Shown piece after piece: positions 15,811 to 24,247 of a DNA stretch of 32,970 bases; position 1 is the stretch's first letter, and each line of letters begins with the position of its first letter. The notes under the pieces were generated by a model. It saw only the letters and a program-made list of their open reading frames with translations, did not search any database and was not told where the DNA came from. The position numbers were made by a program, and so were the translations under genes. Origin of the DNA: Synergistales bacterium (GTDB lineage Bacteria; Synergistota; Synergistia; Synergistales; JAFGMB01); the NCBI GenBank assembly GCA_016927765.1, contig JAFGMB010000147.1:1-32970 (forward strand). The letters run 5' to 3'.

Positions 15811-16118
15811 TTCATTTCTTCAAATTCCTCCCTGGTGATCTCGCCCCTGGCATATCTTCTCTTCAATATTTCAAGAGGGGGCTCCTGTCTGAAATCCGAG
15901 GTCCTTCCCATGTCCGATACCTTTCGAAGCATGTATATGATAAGGAAAATGGCCCCGATCACAAGCAGGAACATGGGGATCATCATCATGAACATTCCAC
16001 CTTCCCAGGGCCAGAACATCATGTGCCCCATGCCCCATCCTTCTGAAGATCCATTTGCCTGTAACGTTGAAGACGCCAGAAGGATCATCAGTACAAGTGT
16101 AATTATAATAAGAGACAT
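15795..16118 (-). CDS. Small membrane protein with a C-terminal SHOCT domain
   Basis: The C-terminus PLEILKRRYARGEITREEFEEMKRDL is a SHOCT pattern. There are two hydrophobic helices. A GGGAGGA RBS precedes ATG 16118; the ORF-track start at 16169 is probably too early. Confidence 0.75.
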   Translation of the reverse strand: MSLIIITLVLMILLASSTLQANGSSEGWGMGHMMFWPWEGGMFMMMIPMFLLVIGAIFLIIYMLRKVSDMGRTSDFRQEPPLEILKRRYARGEITREEFEEMKRDLS

Positions 16119-16194
16119 TTCCCACGTCCTCCCTGGAGAAAAGGCATTCTCCCGGCAATTATACATCAATATTTTAACTAAATGATTATCTGAC

Positions 16195-16223
16195 TTGACA
16201 AAATAAAGTTCGAGAGGTATGAA
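16195..16223 (+). promoter_or_regulatory. Candidate sigma-70 promoter for the alpha/beta hydrolase gene
   Basis: TTGACA, a 17-nt spacer, then TATGAA. Pattern match only. Confidence 0.3.
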
Positions 16224-16358
16224 AACATGACAGCAGCCTTTATTCTAATATGGGTATGATCTTAAGCAGTGGCTGTATCCCTTAGTAGTTTTAGGGTAAA
16301 GACAGCTCAGAAAGAGCTGATTAGGGGGATCTGAATTTTGAGGCTTGGGGATGGATAA

Positions 16359-17147
16359 ATGGATAATAACCCGCTGATCTATGGAGAGCATCCCTATAAA
16401 GTAGTATTACTCCACGGAGGTCCTGGAGCCCAGGGAGAAATGGCTCCGGTAGCCAGAGTTCTTTGTGAGAAATTCGGCATAATAGAACCCTTGCAGACTC
16501 GGGATAGCATTGATGGTCAGGTCCAGGAATTACGAGCCATCATCTCGAAGCATGGTGACCACCCGGTCACTGTCGTCGGTTTTTCATGGGGTGCGTGGCT
16601 TGGGGTGATCTTTTCTTCCCTTTATCCTGAATTTGTGAGGAAACTGGTTCTGATCTCAAGCGGGGCTTTCCATCCGAAATATTCCCGAACCCTTCTTGAT
16701 AACCGCCTTAACAGGCTTAACTGGGAAGAACAGGAAGAGGTGCTGGATATCATGGACCTGTTGGAAACTCCTGATTTTCCCGATAAGGATGCATTATTGT
16801 GCCGTTTCGGGCAACTTATGAAAAAGGCTGATTCATGGAGCCCGATCCCTCACGAGGGCACGCCGCTGAAATGCAGTTTTGAGATCTTCAGGAAGATCTG
16901 GTGCGAGGCAACAGAATTGAGATCCAGCGGCAAACTCCTTGAATTGGCTGAAAAGATCAACTGTCCTGTCGTAGCCATTCACGGGGATTACGATCCCACA
17001 CCAATAGAAGGGATAAGAGAAACCCTTTCTCCCCTGATCATGGATTTCCGGTTCTACATCCTGGAAAAATGTGGACATTACCCCTGGTATGAGTCCCAGG
17101 CAAGGGACAGGTTCTTTGCCCTTCTTGAAAAAATACTCGGTGAATAA
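16359..17147 (+). CDS. Alpha/beta hydrolase, S33 proline-iminopeptidase-like
   Basis: LLHGGPGA oxyanion motif and nucleophile elbow GFSWGAW. A C-terminal GHYPW region carries the catalytic His. Confidence 0.8.
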   Translation: MDNNPLIYGEHPYKVVLLHGGPGAQGEMAPVARVLCEKFGIIEPLQTRDSIDGQVQELRAIISKHGDHPVTVVGFSWGAWLGVIFSSLYPEFVRKLVLISSGAFHPKYSRTLLDNRLNRLNWEEQEEVLDIMDLLETPDFPDKDALLCRFGQLMKKADSWSPIPHEGTPLKCSFEIFRKIWCEATELRSSGKLLELAEKINCPVVAIHGDYDPTPIEGIRETLSPLIMDFRFYILEKCGHYPWYESQARDRFFALLEKILGE

Positions 17148-17164
17148 GATGAAAGCCAGTTACT

Positions 17165-18364
17165 TCAGATCTGGAATTTATCCGACTTGAGAAGAAAACT
17201 GATCACTATTCCTCCCACGAATCCAACTGCCAGGTTTGAGGCGAGGGTAACCCCTACCATGAGAAGGGGCACGAAGAGGTCTTTCCTTTCCTTCATATCG
17301 ATCACGGTCAGGGCCAGCTGGGAACCGGCAAAAAGAAGAAGGACTCCCAGAACTGACAGGGGTATAAGATAAATCAGCGCAAGGGAGTGGGGTCCAAGGA
17401 ATATGGCAAGTGCCAGGAATATCAGGCCGATCATCATATTAGATCCTCCGGTCCGTGCCCCGAAACGATAACGTGACGCAAGGCCTCCCGAACCATGACA
17501 CATGGGCATCCCTCCCACCAGGAAGCTAACCAGGTTGATGGAGGCTATGCTTAGACAGAGACCGCGGTAGGTCATTTTATTGGCCCTTTCGTTGAAATAA
17601 TGATTTGAGAGGTCTGATGTTGCTATTACCGCATTCCCAAGGGTAAGGGGGATCTGTGGCATTATCATCATCAGAAGGGCAAAAGACAGATCCTTTCCCG
17701 AAGGCAGGCCATAGGGAAAGATCCGGGGGATGTATATACCCGGTCTGAGATGATCCAGCCCCTCCTTTGTCCCCAGTAGAAGGCCTATTATGATCCCCGT
17801 ACCTACAGCTGCAAGTGCTGCCGGAACGTTCCTGTTGTCCAGCAGAAAAAGGGTAAGGATGACCAATATTCCACCCAGCATGACCCCTACAGGTAGAGCA
17901 CCCAGTTTCTGGAATGCCAGGTAAGGTTCTGCAAGCCCTTCAAGCCTTTGTATCACCGAGGTTCCCAGCATGAGTCGAACGCCCTGGGAGATAAGCAGGA
18001 TCCCCGTAGAAAGCTGAACGCCTCTTATTACGGGCTTAGGGATATATCTTCCCAGTAAAGAGATGACCCCGCTTCCTCCTATGATAAGCATGGAAATAAA
18101 GACCAGGAGACTGGAAGCCTGGATCTGTGCGGCAGTAACGCCGGTTGCAATGGCATAGGCACCTATAACCTTCATGGGTTCCACCGGGCAGGTGATCCTG
18201 AAATAATAACCTGACAGAATGTAGGCCAGGCCTACACCCATCAGAACCCCAACGGGATCCAGCCCATTGATAAGGATCATTCCTATGGCCAGGGGCAGAA
18301 GTGTTCCCAGGTCACCCATGGAACCGGCTAATTCCATTCTGTCGAATCGAAAGGCTTTATTCAA
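17165..18364 (-). CDS. SulP-related / MOT1-type putative sulfate-molybdate family anion transporter
   Basis: The N-terminal FRFDRMELAGSMGDLGTLLPL matches the E-x-SGA-x-GDLGT-x-xP signature of MOT1-type transporters as I recall it. About 10-11 TM helices. TTG start with a GAGG RBS; ATG 18337 is an alternative. Confidence 0.65.
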   Translation of the reverse strand: MNKAFRFDRMELAGSMGDLGTLLPLAIGMILINGLDPVGVLMGVGLAYILSGYYFRITCPVEPMKVIGAYAIATGVTAAQIQASSLLVFISMLIIGGSGVISLLGRYIPKPVIRGVQLSTGILLISQGVRLMLGTSVIQRLEGLAEPYLAFQKLGALPVGVMLGGILVILTLFLLDNRNVPAALAAVGTGIIIGLLLGTKEGLDHLRPGIYIPRIFPYGLPSGKDLSFALLMMIMPQIPLTLGNAVIATSDLSNHYFNERANKMTYRGLCLSIASINLVSFLVGGMPMCHGSGGLASRYRFGARTGGSNMMIGLIFLALAIFLGPHSLALIYLIPLSVLGVLLLFAGSQLALTVIDMKERKDLFVPLLMVGVTLASNLAVGFVGGIVISFLLKSDKFQI

Positions 18365-18461
18365 AGAAGAACCTCGCTAAAGAGTAATAATCCCTTCTAT
18401 TCCTATAGTATGAGGGTCTATCCTGTCAAGAAAAGCCACGTTTGAAAATAGAAATCACTTC

Positions 18462-19331
18462 TTAGGGTTTTCTCCCGTGGATCTGAATGTTCCTTACCTT
18501 TCCGGATAATTGTGCGGAATAGTGTTCCGCTGCGTCATTCCTGCTCATTGTCTCCCCTTCGATGGAGAGCAGAGGAGGCACTTCATTCGAGGTGTTTACG
18601 TATCCTTTTATTTCTTCCTCGCCATATGTGGCGCTGGCTCGGACTTCCAGGTCAATAAAACCTGAATTTGTGAGCCCCTGGAGATATTCTTCCTCGCTTA
18701 TAGCTCCTCCTATACAGCTGCAGTAAAGGCTTTCTGAACTTCTGATCCATTCCGGAAGTTCTTCCGCCACGATATCCGATAGCAGCATTTCCCCGCCACT
18801 TTTCAAGACTCTTGCAATTTCAGAGAAGACCCTTTCCTTTTCAGGGGAGAGGTTGATCACACAGTTTGATATCACCCAGTCAACTGAGCTGTCATCTACT
18901 GGCAATTCTTCGATGAGCCCCTTGCGTACCTCTACATTGACCAGTCCCGAAGCCAGGATATGTGCCCTCGCTACAGCTATCATTTCGTCAGTCATATCCA
19001 CTCCTGTCACTTTACCGGAAGGCCCCACCCGTTTAGCAGCGATAAGAAGGTCCAGACCAGCTCCGGATCCAAGATCCAGAACGATATCTCCCTCTTTGAC
19101 CTCGCTTTAAGCAAGAGGATTACCACATCCGAAGGATATATTTGCCAGATCAAAGGGAAGTTCTTCCAGATCTTCCGTGGCGTAACCTTTTTCTTGTGAT
19201 CGACAGCAACAGGAAGAAGTGTTTCCGCCACAACAGCCATTATTGTTTTTGCTTCTTTCTCTAATGGCCCTTGCGTAATTTTCACTGACTTCTTCTCTTG
19301 CCCGGTTTTTTCCCTTCTGATATTCAATCAT
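18462..19331 (-). pseudogene. arsM: Arsenite S-adenosylmethionine methyltransferase (ArsM-like) interrupted by one in-frame TAA
   Basis: ORFs 19107..19331 and 18462..19028 are in the same frame. Read through, the sequence is ...[49 protein letters not shown]..., with the stop (codon TAA, plus-strand TTA) at 19107-19109. The Cys-rich N-terminus (CCGGNTSSCCC), SAM motif I (VLDLGSGAG) and C-terminal CSCIGG fit ArsM. Confidence 0.8.
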
Positions 19332-19378
19332 TTTTCATACCTCCAGTATTAATTCATAAAGAGAATCAGGATTACATG

Positions 19379-19399
19379 ATTGTGCAATAATGCAAATAT
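19379..19399. promoter_or_regulatory. Candidate ArsR operator 2, upstream of arsM
   Basis: ATTGTGCAAT-A-ATGCAAATAT. The 10-mer ATGCAAATAT is identical to that in the arsR-proximal palindrome. Confidence 0.35.
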
Positions 19400-19441
19400 C
19401 TTATTCAAAAAGATCTCCCTCAATAATGAACAGAAGGAGAT

Positions 19442-19798
19442 CTATTCTTGAGAAGAAGGACAACAGGATTCCATGGCTTCGGCCATTCCCTTGAACATTT
19501 CTGCCAGGAAAACATAATCCACGGTATATAGCACTTCTTTTCCTGTCTTTTCAGACAGAAGGGCGCCTGCCTCTTTCAGGGCAGATAAATGTCGGGAAAC
19601 CACCGACAAGTCGATGGGAAAATTCTCGGCCACCTGGCTCACAGTTCTTGGTTCTCTCAAGCCGGCGAGGTACAACATAATATTAAGTCTTGTAGGATCG
19701 CTTAAAGCCTTGAAAAATCGGGGACTCGGTATTCCATCTATCCCACAGCACCATACATTTTTGTCTCTTTTTTGGGGCTTATCTATTTGCATATCCAT
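19442..19798 (-). CDS. arsR: ArsR/SmtB-family metalloregulator
   Basis: FKALSDPTRLNIMLYL...VSQVAENFPIDLSVVSRHLSALKEAG winged-HTH pattern. Cys pairs near both termini (WCCG, SCCP). Confidence 0.85.
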   Translation of the reverse strand: MDMQIDKPQKRDKNVWCCGIDGIPSPRFFKALSDPTRLNIMLYLAGLREPRTVSQVAENFPIDLSVVSRHLSALKEAGALLSEKTGKEVLYTVDYVFLAEMFKGMAEAMESCCPSSQE

Positions 19799-19804
19799 GC
19801 AAAT
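19785..19804. promoter_or_regulatory. Candidate ArsR operator 1; perfect inverted repeat ATTTGCAT-atcc-ATGCAAAT
   Basis: Read directly. It straddles the arsR start codon (19796-19798). Confidence 0.4.
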
Positions 19805-19882
19805 ATTATATATTAAGTTTCCGGCAAGTCAATTGAGATAAGCATCCACAACAAGAGAAGGTGCCCATTCCTGTAATTGTTC

Positions 19883-19911
19883 TCGACATTATTGCAGATA
19901 TGTTGTATGGT
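19883..19911 (+). promoter_or_regulatory. Candidate sigma-70 promoter for proB
   Basis: TCGACA, a 17-nt spacer, then TATGGT, about 80 nt upstream of the proB ATG. Pattern match only. Confidence 0.3.
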
Positions 19912-19992
19912 AATTCGCTAAATACTCAAGTAAGATCGATGTACGGAGAATCCCTGGTGTATGTGTATGGAAGATATGAAAAGTAACTGGAG

Positions 19993-21123
19993 ATGAGCGC
20001 CTTGGAACGGAAAGATCTTGGAAATGCAACACGTATAGTGGTCAAGGTGGGTACCAGTTCTATAACCCACAGTAACGGAAAGCTGGATCTCCTGAAAATG
20101 GAGAAGTTGGCAAGGGATGTATCGGACCTGCGGAATATGGGGAAAGAAGTGATCATTGTCAGTTCCGGCGCTGTGGGAGCCGGGATAGGTGCCATGGACT
20201 ACCGGGAGTCACCTCTTACCCTTCCTTTGATGCAGGCTCTCTCCGCCGTGGGTCAGGGTGCTCTCATGCACATGTACGAGAAATTCTTTTCAGAGTACAG
20301 TTGCAAGGTGGCCCAGGTCCTTCTGACCTGGGATATCTTCGATGACAGGTTGAAATACCTGAATGCCTGCAACACCCTGGGAACCCTCCTGGATCTCGGT
20401 GTTATACCTATAATAAATGAGAACGATACTGTTGTAGTGGATGAGCTCAAGTTCGGTGATAACGACAAACTTTCAGCGATGGTGGGATCCCTGGTAAATA
20501 CTGACCTGCTGATCATCCTGACCGATATCGACGGCCTTTACGATGATGACCCCAGAAAAAACCCCAAGGCATCCTTTGTTCGAAAGGTGGAGGAGATAAC
20601 CCCGGAAATGGAAACCAGATCCGGGACCAAGGGCAGCAGTCTTTCTTCGGGAGGAATGTATACCAAGCTCCAGGCAGCCAAAATGACCATGGCTTCCGGA
20701 ATTCCCCTGGTAATCGCCAACCATCAGGTTCCCAGGGTTGTACGGCGTATAGTTGAAGGAGAGGATATAGGAACCCTTTTCGTCCCCAAGGTGGATAGCT
20801 GCCAGGCAAGAAAGCGATGGATAGCCTTCGGAAGGATGTCCCAGGGATCGATACAGATAGATCAGGGTGCAGTAAAGGCCCTTACCGAAAAGGGGAAAAG
20901 TCTTCTTCCTTCAGGTGTGGTCAGCGTATCAGGTAAATTCAGCCGGGGAACTGTTGTGCATGTCCTGTCTCCGGAAAACAGAAGGATCGCCAAGGGTGTA
21001 GTGAACTATTCGGCGGAAGAGATATCCCGGATCGCCGGGAAACAGACGGACATGATAGCAGATATCCTGGGACACAAGGATTATGATGAAGTTATCCACC
21101 GGGATAATCTGGTTATACTGTGA
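19993..21123 (+). CDS. proB: Glutamate 5-kinase with a C-terminal PUA domain
   Basis: RIVVKVGTSSITH..., VIIVSSGAVGAG, FGDNDKLSA, and a PUA-like C-terminus (GSIQIDQGAVKAL...GKSLLPSGV). Confidence 0.95.
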   Translation: MSALERKDLGNATRIVVKVGTSSITHSNGKLDLLKMEKLARDVSDLRNMGKEVIIVSSGAVGAGIGAMDYRESPLTLPLMQALSAVGQGALMHMYEKFFSEYSCKVAQVLLTWDIFDDRLKYLNACNTLGTLLDLGVIPIINENDTVVVDELKFGDNDKLSAMVGSLVNTDLLIILTDIDGLYDDDPRKNPKASFVRKVEEITPEMETRSGTKGSSLSSGGMYTKLQAAKMTMASGIPLVIANHQVPRVVRRIVEGEDIGTLFVPKVDSCQARKRWIAFGRMSQGSIQIDQGAVKALTEKGKSLLPSGVVSVSGKFSRGTVVHVLSPENRRIAKGVVNYSAEEISRIAGKQTDMIADILGHKDYDEVIHRDNLVIL

Positions 21124-21199
21124 TGTCCCTTCATATTAAAAGAAGGCGCCATATTTACTGGTGGGTTGGATTACATCCGATCACCAGGGTTTCCCAGTA

Positions 21200-21571
21200 T
21201 CAGGATCCTTTAACAAGTTGGACCAGTCTCGGAAATAAGGTTATGCCCACCAGGACCAGTCCCCATAACCTGCCTTTAAGGAGGTTGTAATCCGCCAGCA
21301 GGTGCCCCCAGGAATGACCCACCACGTAATGCCCGAAAAGGAACTCGAAACAGATGGTCATAACGAGCCATATTAGCCCAAGCGACCAGGCCTCACCTAC
21401 CGAAGCATGGGCTAAGAGATTTCCCAGGAGCCAATAGGTCAGGATAAAAAATATCCCTGTCACTATAAGGGTCCCCGCCTGATGGGCGCGTAAAGGACCC
21501 AGCCTGGGGGTAAGGAATTTCTCCCGAAGGATGCCGGCTATAACAGCCACTACCGAGAAGAGCAGCCACAT
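21200..21571 (-). CDS. Small integral membrane protein (about 4 TM), function unknown
   Basis: Four hydrophobic segments. No recognisable catalytic motif. Confidence 0.55.
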   Translation of the reverse strand: MWLLFSVVAVIAGILREKFLTPRLGPLRAHQAGTLIVTGIFFILTYWLLGNLLAHASVGEAWSLGLIWLVMTICFEFLFGHYVVGHSWGHLLADYNLLKGRLWGLVLVGITLFPRLVQLVKGS

Positions 21572-21909
21572 AAGGAAACCACGAAAAAAAAAGGTTATTC
21601 ATAATTGAAAGTCTCCTATGGTCATTACAATTACTATGCATACAATGGATTTATCTCGTTAATGTGAAGCATTTCCGAGTCCCATTCCCCTTAGATAAAG
21701 TAATATGCTTGGGTTGATATCTCACCCCTACCACAAGGTTCATTACAAGAGGCGATCAGTTCTAAGGGGCAATCCCTTGAGTAAAAGATGTTTTCCGTCA
21801 AAATACAGAGTGTCAGTCTATTGCCCATGATCCAGAAGGGGGCCACTAAAAGGGGGAGAGGGTTTCCGGAATAACATGGAGAAACGAGGCATTTTCCTTT
21901 TCATGGCAT

Positions 21910-22251
21910 TCATTCTGCAAGGTTGTGGCGGTAAACGATAACTCTCACTTTTTCCAGGGTTACCAGGCCATCATCCATCAGATCATCCAGTTGGGATAGG
22001 AATGATTCGATCTTTTCCTCGGAGTCGACGATCTCGACTATTACCGGGAGGTCTTTTGAAAGTCGAAGCACTTTGGAAGTATGTATCCTGCTGTTGGCGC
22101 CAAAACCAAGAAATCCCCTCAGGACTGTGGCTCCCGCCAAACCCTGCCTGCGGGCACTTTCAACAATGGCTTCGTGCAGAGGTTTACTACCGGATTTATC
22201 ACTCTCACCTATAAAGATCCGCAACAGAAATGCTTCAGATGGAAGTTTCAT
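21910..22251 (-). CDS. DUF190-domain (PII-like) protein, commonly partnered with crcB
   Basis: LLRIFIGESDK...PLHEAIVESARRQGLAGATVLRGFLGFG pattern. The start is 13 nt after the crcB stop, with a GAGGGGAGG RBS. Confidence 0.8.
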   Translation of the reverse strand: MKLPSEAFLLRIFIGESDKSGSKPLHEAIVESARRQGLAGATVLRGFLGFGANSRIHTSKVLRLSKDLPVIVEIVDSEEKIESFLSQLDDLMDDGLVTLEKVRVIVYRHNLAE

Positions 22252-22264
22252 AGTCAGCCTCCCC

Positions 22265-22642
22265 TCATATTAGCTGCCCTAGAAAGACTCCGGTCAACAT
22301 GGCAATGAGGCCTGTTACGTTCTGTATCGCGAGATAAGAAAAACCAAGTACCCATTGTGCCGAACGGAACATCTCCTGGGATTCAAGTATCAATGTCGAA
22401 AAGGTGGTAAAAGCACCCATAAAACCTATCATGACAGCTATTTTAGTTTCTCCTGATACTGCCCATCGATTTTCAAATATGGTCCATAGAAAGCCAGCGA
22501 TAAAACATCCTGTTATATTTACCGTGACGGTTCCCATGGGGAAAGAGGTCTCTATTACTCTCTGCACTATTCCCGACAGGCTGTAACGGGCCAGGGTTCC
22601 CAATGATCCTGCTATTGCAAGCCATATGACTGTTTTGAACAT
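22265..22642 (-). CDS. crcB: Fluoride ion channel CrcB/FluC
   Basis: GSLGTLARY, GTVTVNITGCFIAGF and GFMGAFTTFSTL motifs with 4 TM. ATG 22642 with an AAAGGAA RBS is preferred over TTG 22651. Confidence 0.9.
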   Translation of the reverse strand: MFKTVIWLAIAGSLGTLARYSLSGIVQRVIETSFPMGTVTVNITGCFIAGFLWTIFENRWAVSGETKIAVMIGFMGAFTTFSTLILESQEMFRSAQWVLGFSYLAIQNVTGLIAMLTGVFLGQLI

Positions 22643-22687
22643 GTGAATCAATTCCTTTTATTAGTAATTACTTGTATGTTAGGGGGT

Positions 22688-22726
22688 GACGATCATTATG
22701 ATAAGGCTCTTTGTTAATGATCCATC
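22688..22726 (-). promoter_or_regulatory. Bipartite conserved leader motif, copy in front of crcB
   Basis: Gene-sense reading is GATGGATC-N21-AATGATCGTC (plus-strand GACGATCATT at 22688-22697 and GATCCATC at 22719-22726). The same two blocks occur in the same order upstream of eno. Confidence 0.45.
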
Positions 22727-22731
22727 GAGCA

Positions 22732-24006
22732 TCATCTTAATGGATTACAGAACACAGCTGTATTTCCAAGTTCAGATTCAATCTCCAGAAGTCGGTTGTA
22801 CTTGGAGATCCGCTCGCTTCGGCAGGCTGAACCTGTCTTGATCTGCCCGCCACCCATGGCAACAGCGAAATCTGCCATGAAGGGATCTTCCGTTTCACCA
22901 CTTCTGTGGGAAATAACGTAACCCCATCCAGCCTTGTGGCATAAATCAATGGCTTCCATAGTCTCTGTGACGGTACCGATCTGGTTGAGTTTTATCAGGA
23001 CTGCATTTGTGGTCTTTTCTTCTATCCCGCGACGGATGAAGTGTGAATTGGTAACATATATATCATCACCCACAATCTGGATCTTGTCTCCCAGTTTTTT
23101 TGTGTGTGTCCTGAAGCCCTCCCAGTCATTTTCCGCCAGTCCGTCTTCAATTGAAATAATGGGGTATTTTTCGATCCACCTGGCATAGAAATCTGTCATT
23201 TCTTCACTGGTTTTGAGCCCTTGTCCAGATTTTCCGAGGTTATAGTTCCCATTTTCATAAAAAGAACTTGCTGCAGGGTCAAGGGCGATACAGATATCAA
23301 TACCAGGCTTGAATCCAGCAGCTTTGATCGCTTCAACGATAACCTCACAGGCCTCATCATTGCTTTCAAGGTTGGGGGCAAAGCCTCCCTCATCACCAAC
23401 ACTGGTTGCATAACCTCTGCCTGCAAGGATCTTTTTCAAGGCATGAAAAGTTTCCGTGCCATAACGCAAAGCCTCACAAAAGGAAGGTGCTCCAACTGGC
23501 ATGACCATGAATTCCTGGAGATCTACATTATTGTCAGCATGTTTCCCCCCGTTGATGATGTTCATCGCGGGGACAGGTAATCTTAGAGAACCCGGACCAC
23601 CAAGGTAAGCATAGAGAGGCAGGCCAGCAGCCATAGCTGCAGCACGACTTACGGCCATGGAAACACCAAGGATAGCATTGGCACCCAAATTCCCCTTGTT
23701 GGAGGTTCCATCCAGTTCGATCATGTTTGTGTCGATCTGGGTCTGTAGGAAAGGCGACATCCCTATCAGCTTTGGAGCAATTTTCAAATTAACGTTCTCC
23801 ACTGCTTTAAGAACTCCTTTGCCGGCGTAACGTTTTTTATCCCCATCCCGAAGCTCAACAGCTTCATTTTCTCCGGTTGAAGCACCTGATGGAACGGAAG
23901 CCGAAGTCTCAATGCCATTGTTAAGTTTGCAGAACACCCGGACTGTGGGATTCCCTCTTGAATCCAGAATTTCCAAGGCTCTCAGATTTTCAATCAGTAC
24001 CTTCAT
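22732..24006 (-). CDS. eno: Enolase (phosphopyruvate hydratase)
   Basis: [24 protein letters not shown]..., SHRSGETED and the IKxNQIGT-type motif [12 protein letters not shown]. The ATG at 24006 matches the conserved N-terminus; the ORF-track start at 24039 adds 11 non-conserved residues. Confidence 0.95.
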   Translation of the reverse strand: MKVLIENLRALEILDSRGNPTVRVFCKLNNGIETSASVPSGASTGENEAVELRDGDKKRYAGKGVLKAVENVNLKIAPKLIGMSPFLQTQIDTNMIELDGTSNKGNLGANAILGVSMAVSRAAAMAAGLPLYAYLGGPGSLRLPVPAMNIINGGKHADNNVDLQEFMVMPVGAPSFCEALRYGTETFHALKKILAGRGYATSVGDEGGFAPNLESNDEACEVIVEAIKAAGFKPGIDICIALDPAASSFYENGNYNLGKSGQGLKTSEEMTDFYARWIEKYPIISIEDGLAENDWEGFRTHTKKLGDKIQIVGDDIYVTNSHFIRRGIEEKTTNAVLIKLNQIGTVTETMEAIDLCHKAGWGYVISHRSGETEDPFMADFAVAMGGGQIKTGSACRSERISKYNRLLEIESELGNTAVFCNPLR

Positions 24007-24180
24007 TCCTGAACATTCCCTCCTGTTAGTGTCCCTCACGGTACAGGGTGTTTCAGAATCTATACCGCAAAAATCACCCTGTTAAGTTATATTATTCTAC
24101 AGATTCCTTTCGGTCTTCATGTCTGCGCCATTGTCCTGAGTTTGTAGTATCGAAAGGCATCAATGCGAAATTATGGTGTG

Positions 24181-24247
24181 GACGATCATTTTCCTGGAAA
24201 GAGAGTTCGTTGAGAGAACGTATGCGTATCGATCCTCACGATCCATC
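24181..24247 (-). promoter_or_regulatory. Bipartite conserved leader motif, copy in front of eno
   Basis: Gene-sense reading is GATGGATC-N49-AATGATCGTC (plus-strand GACGATCATT at 24181-24190 and GATCCATC at 24240-24247). The first block overlaps the last codons of the upstream GTPase gene. Confidence 0.45.

Noticed and set aside
15960-16040. Met/His-rich segment (GWGMGHMMFWPWEGGMFMMMIPMF) of the SHOCT protein as a Cu(I)-binding motif.
   Set aside because: Gly/Met-rich stretches next to the TM helix are common in small SHOCT membrane proteins. With no metal-related neighbours, the sequence alone does not support a copper function.
15790-16185. 131-aa plus-strand ORF covering the SHOCT gene region.
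   Set aside because: It is the mirror frame of the minus-strand gene, which has a clear SHOCT C-terminus, an RBS and TM helices. The plus-strand product has no motif or RBS.
19107-19109. In-frame TAA in arsM as programmed recoding or an alternative genetic code.
   Set aside because: TAA is neither the Sec (UGA) nor the Pyl (UAG) codon. TAA terminates other well-supported genes in this same window, and I saw no downstream recoding structure. Nonsense mutation or sequence error is the parsimonious reading.
21720-21800. Fluoride-riboswitch-like pieces on the minus strand (AAGGG-ATTGC-CCCTT hairpin, AGAAC, TAATGAACCTTG) in the spacer downstream of the DUF190 gene.
   Set aside because: The hairpin loop is only 5 nt and lacks GAUGG. 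The element would sit upstream of the small membrane protein rather than crcB. The resemblance is too weak.
22643-22731. Canonical fluoride (crcB-motif) riboswitch directly upstream of crcB. The blocks GAUGG, AUUAACAAA, UAAUGA and CCCUAAC occur in the right order.
   Set aside because: I could not form the required P1 helix around an 8-nt AUGGnGUU loop. The spacing between AAUGA and the CCUAC-like element is about 6 nt too long. I report it as an unexplained shared motif rather than calling a fluoride riboswitch; a cmsearch with RF01734 is needed.
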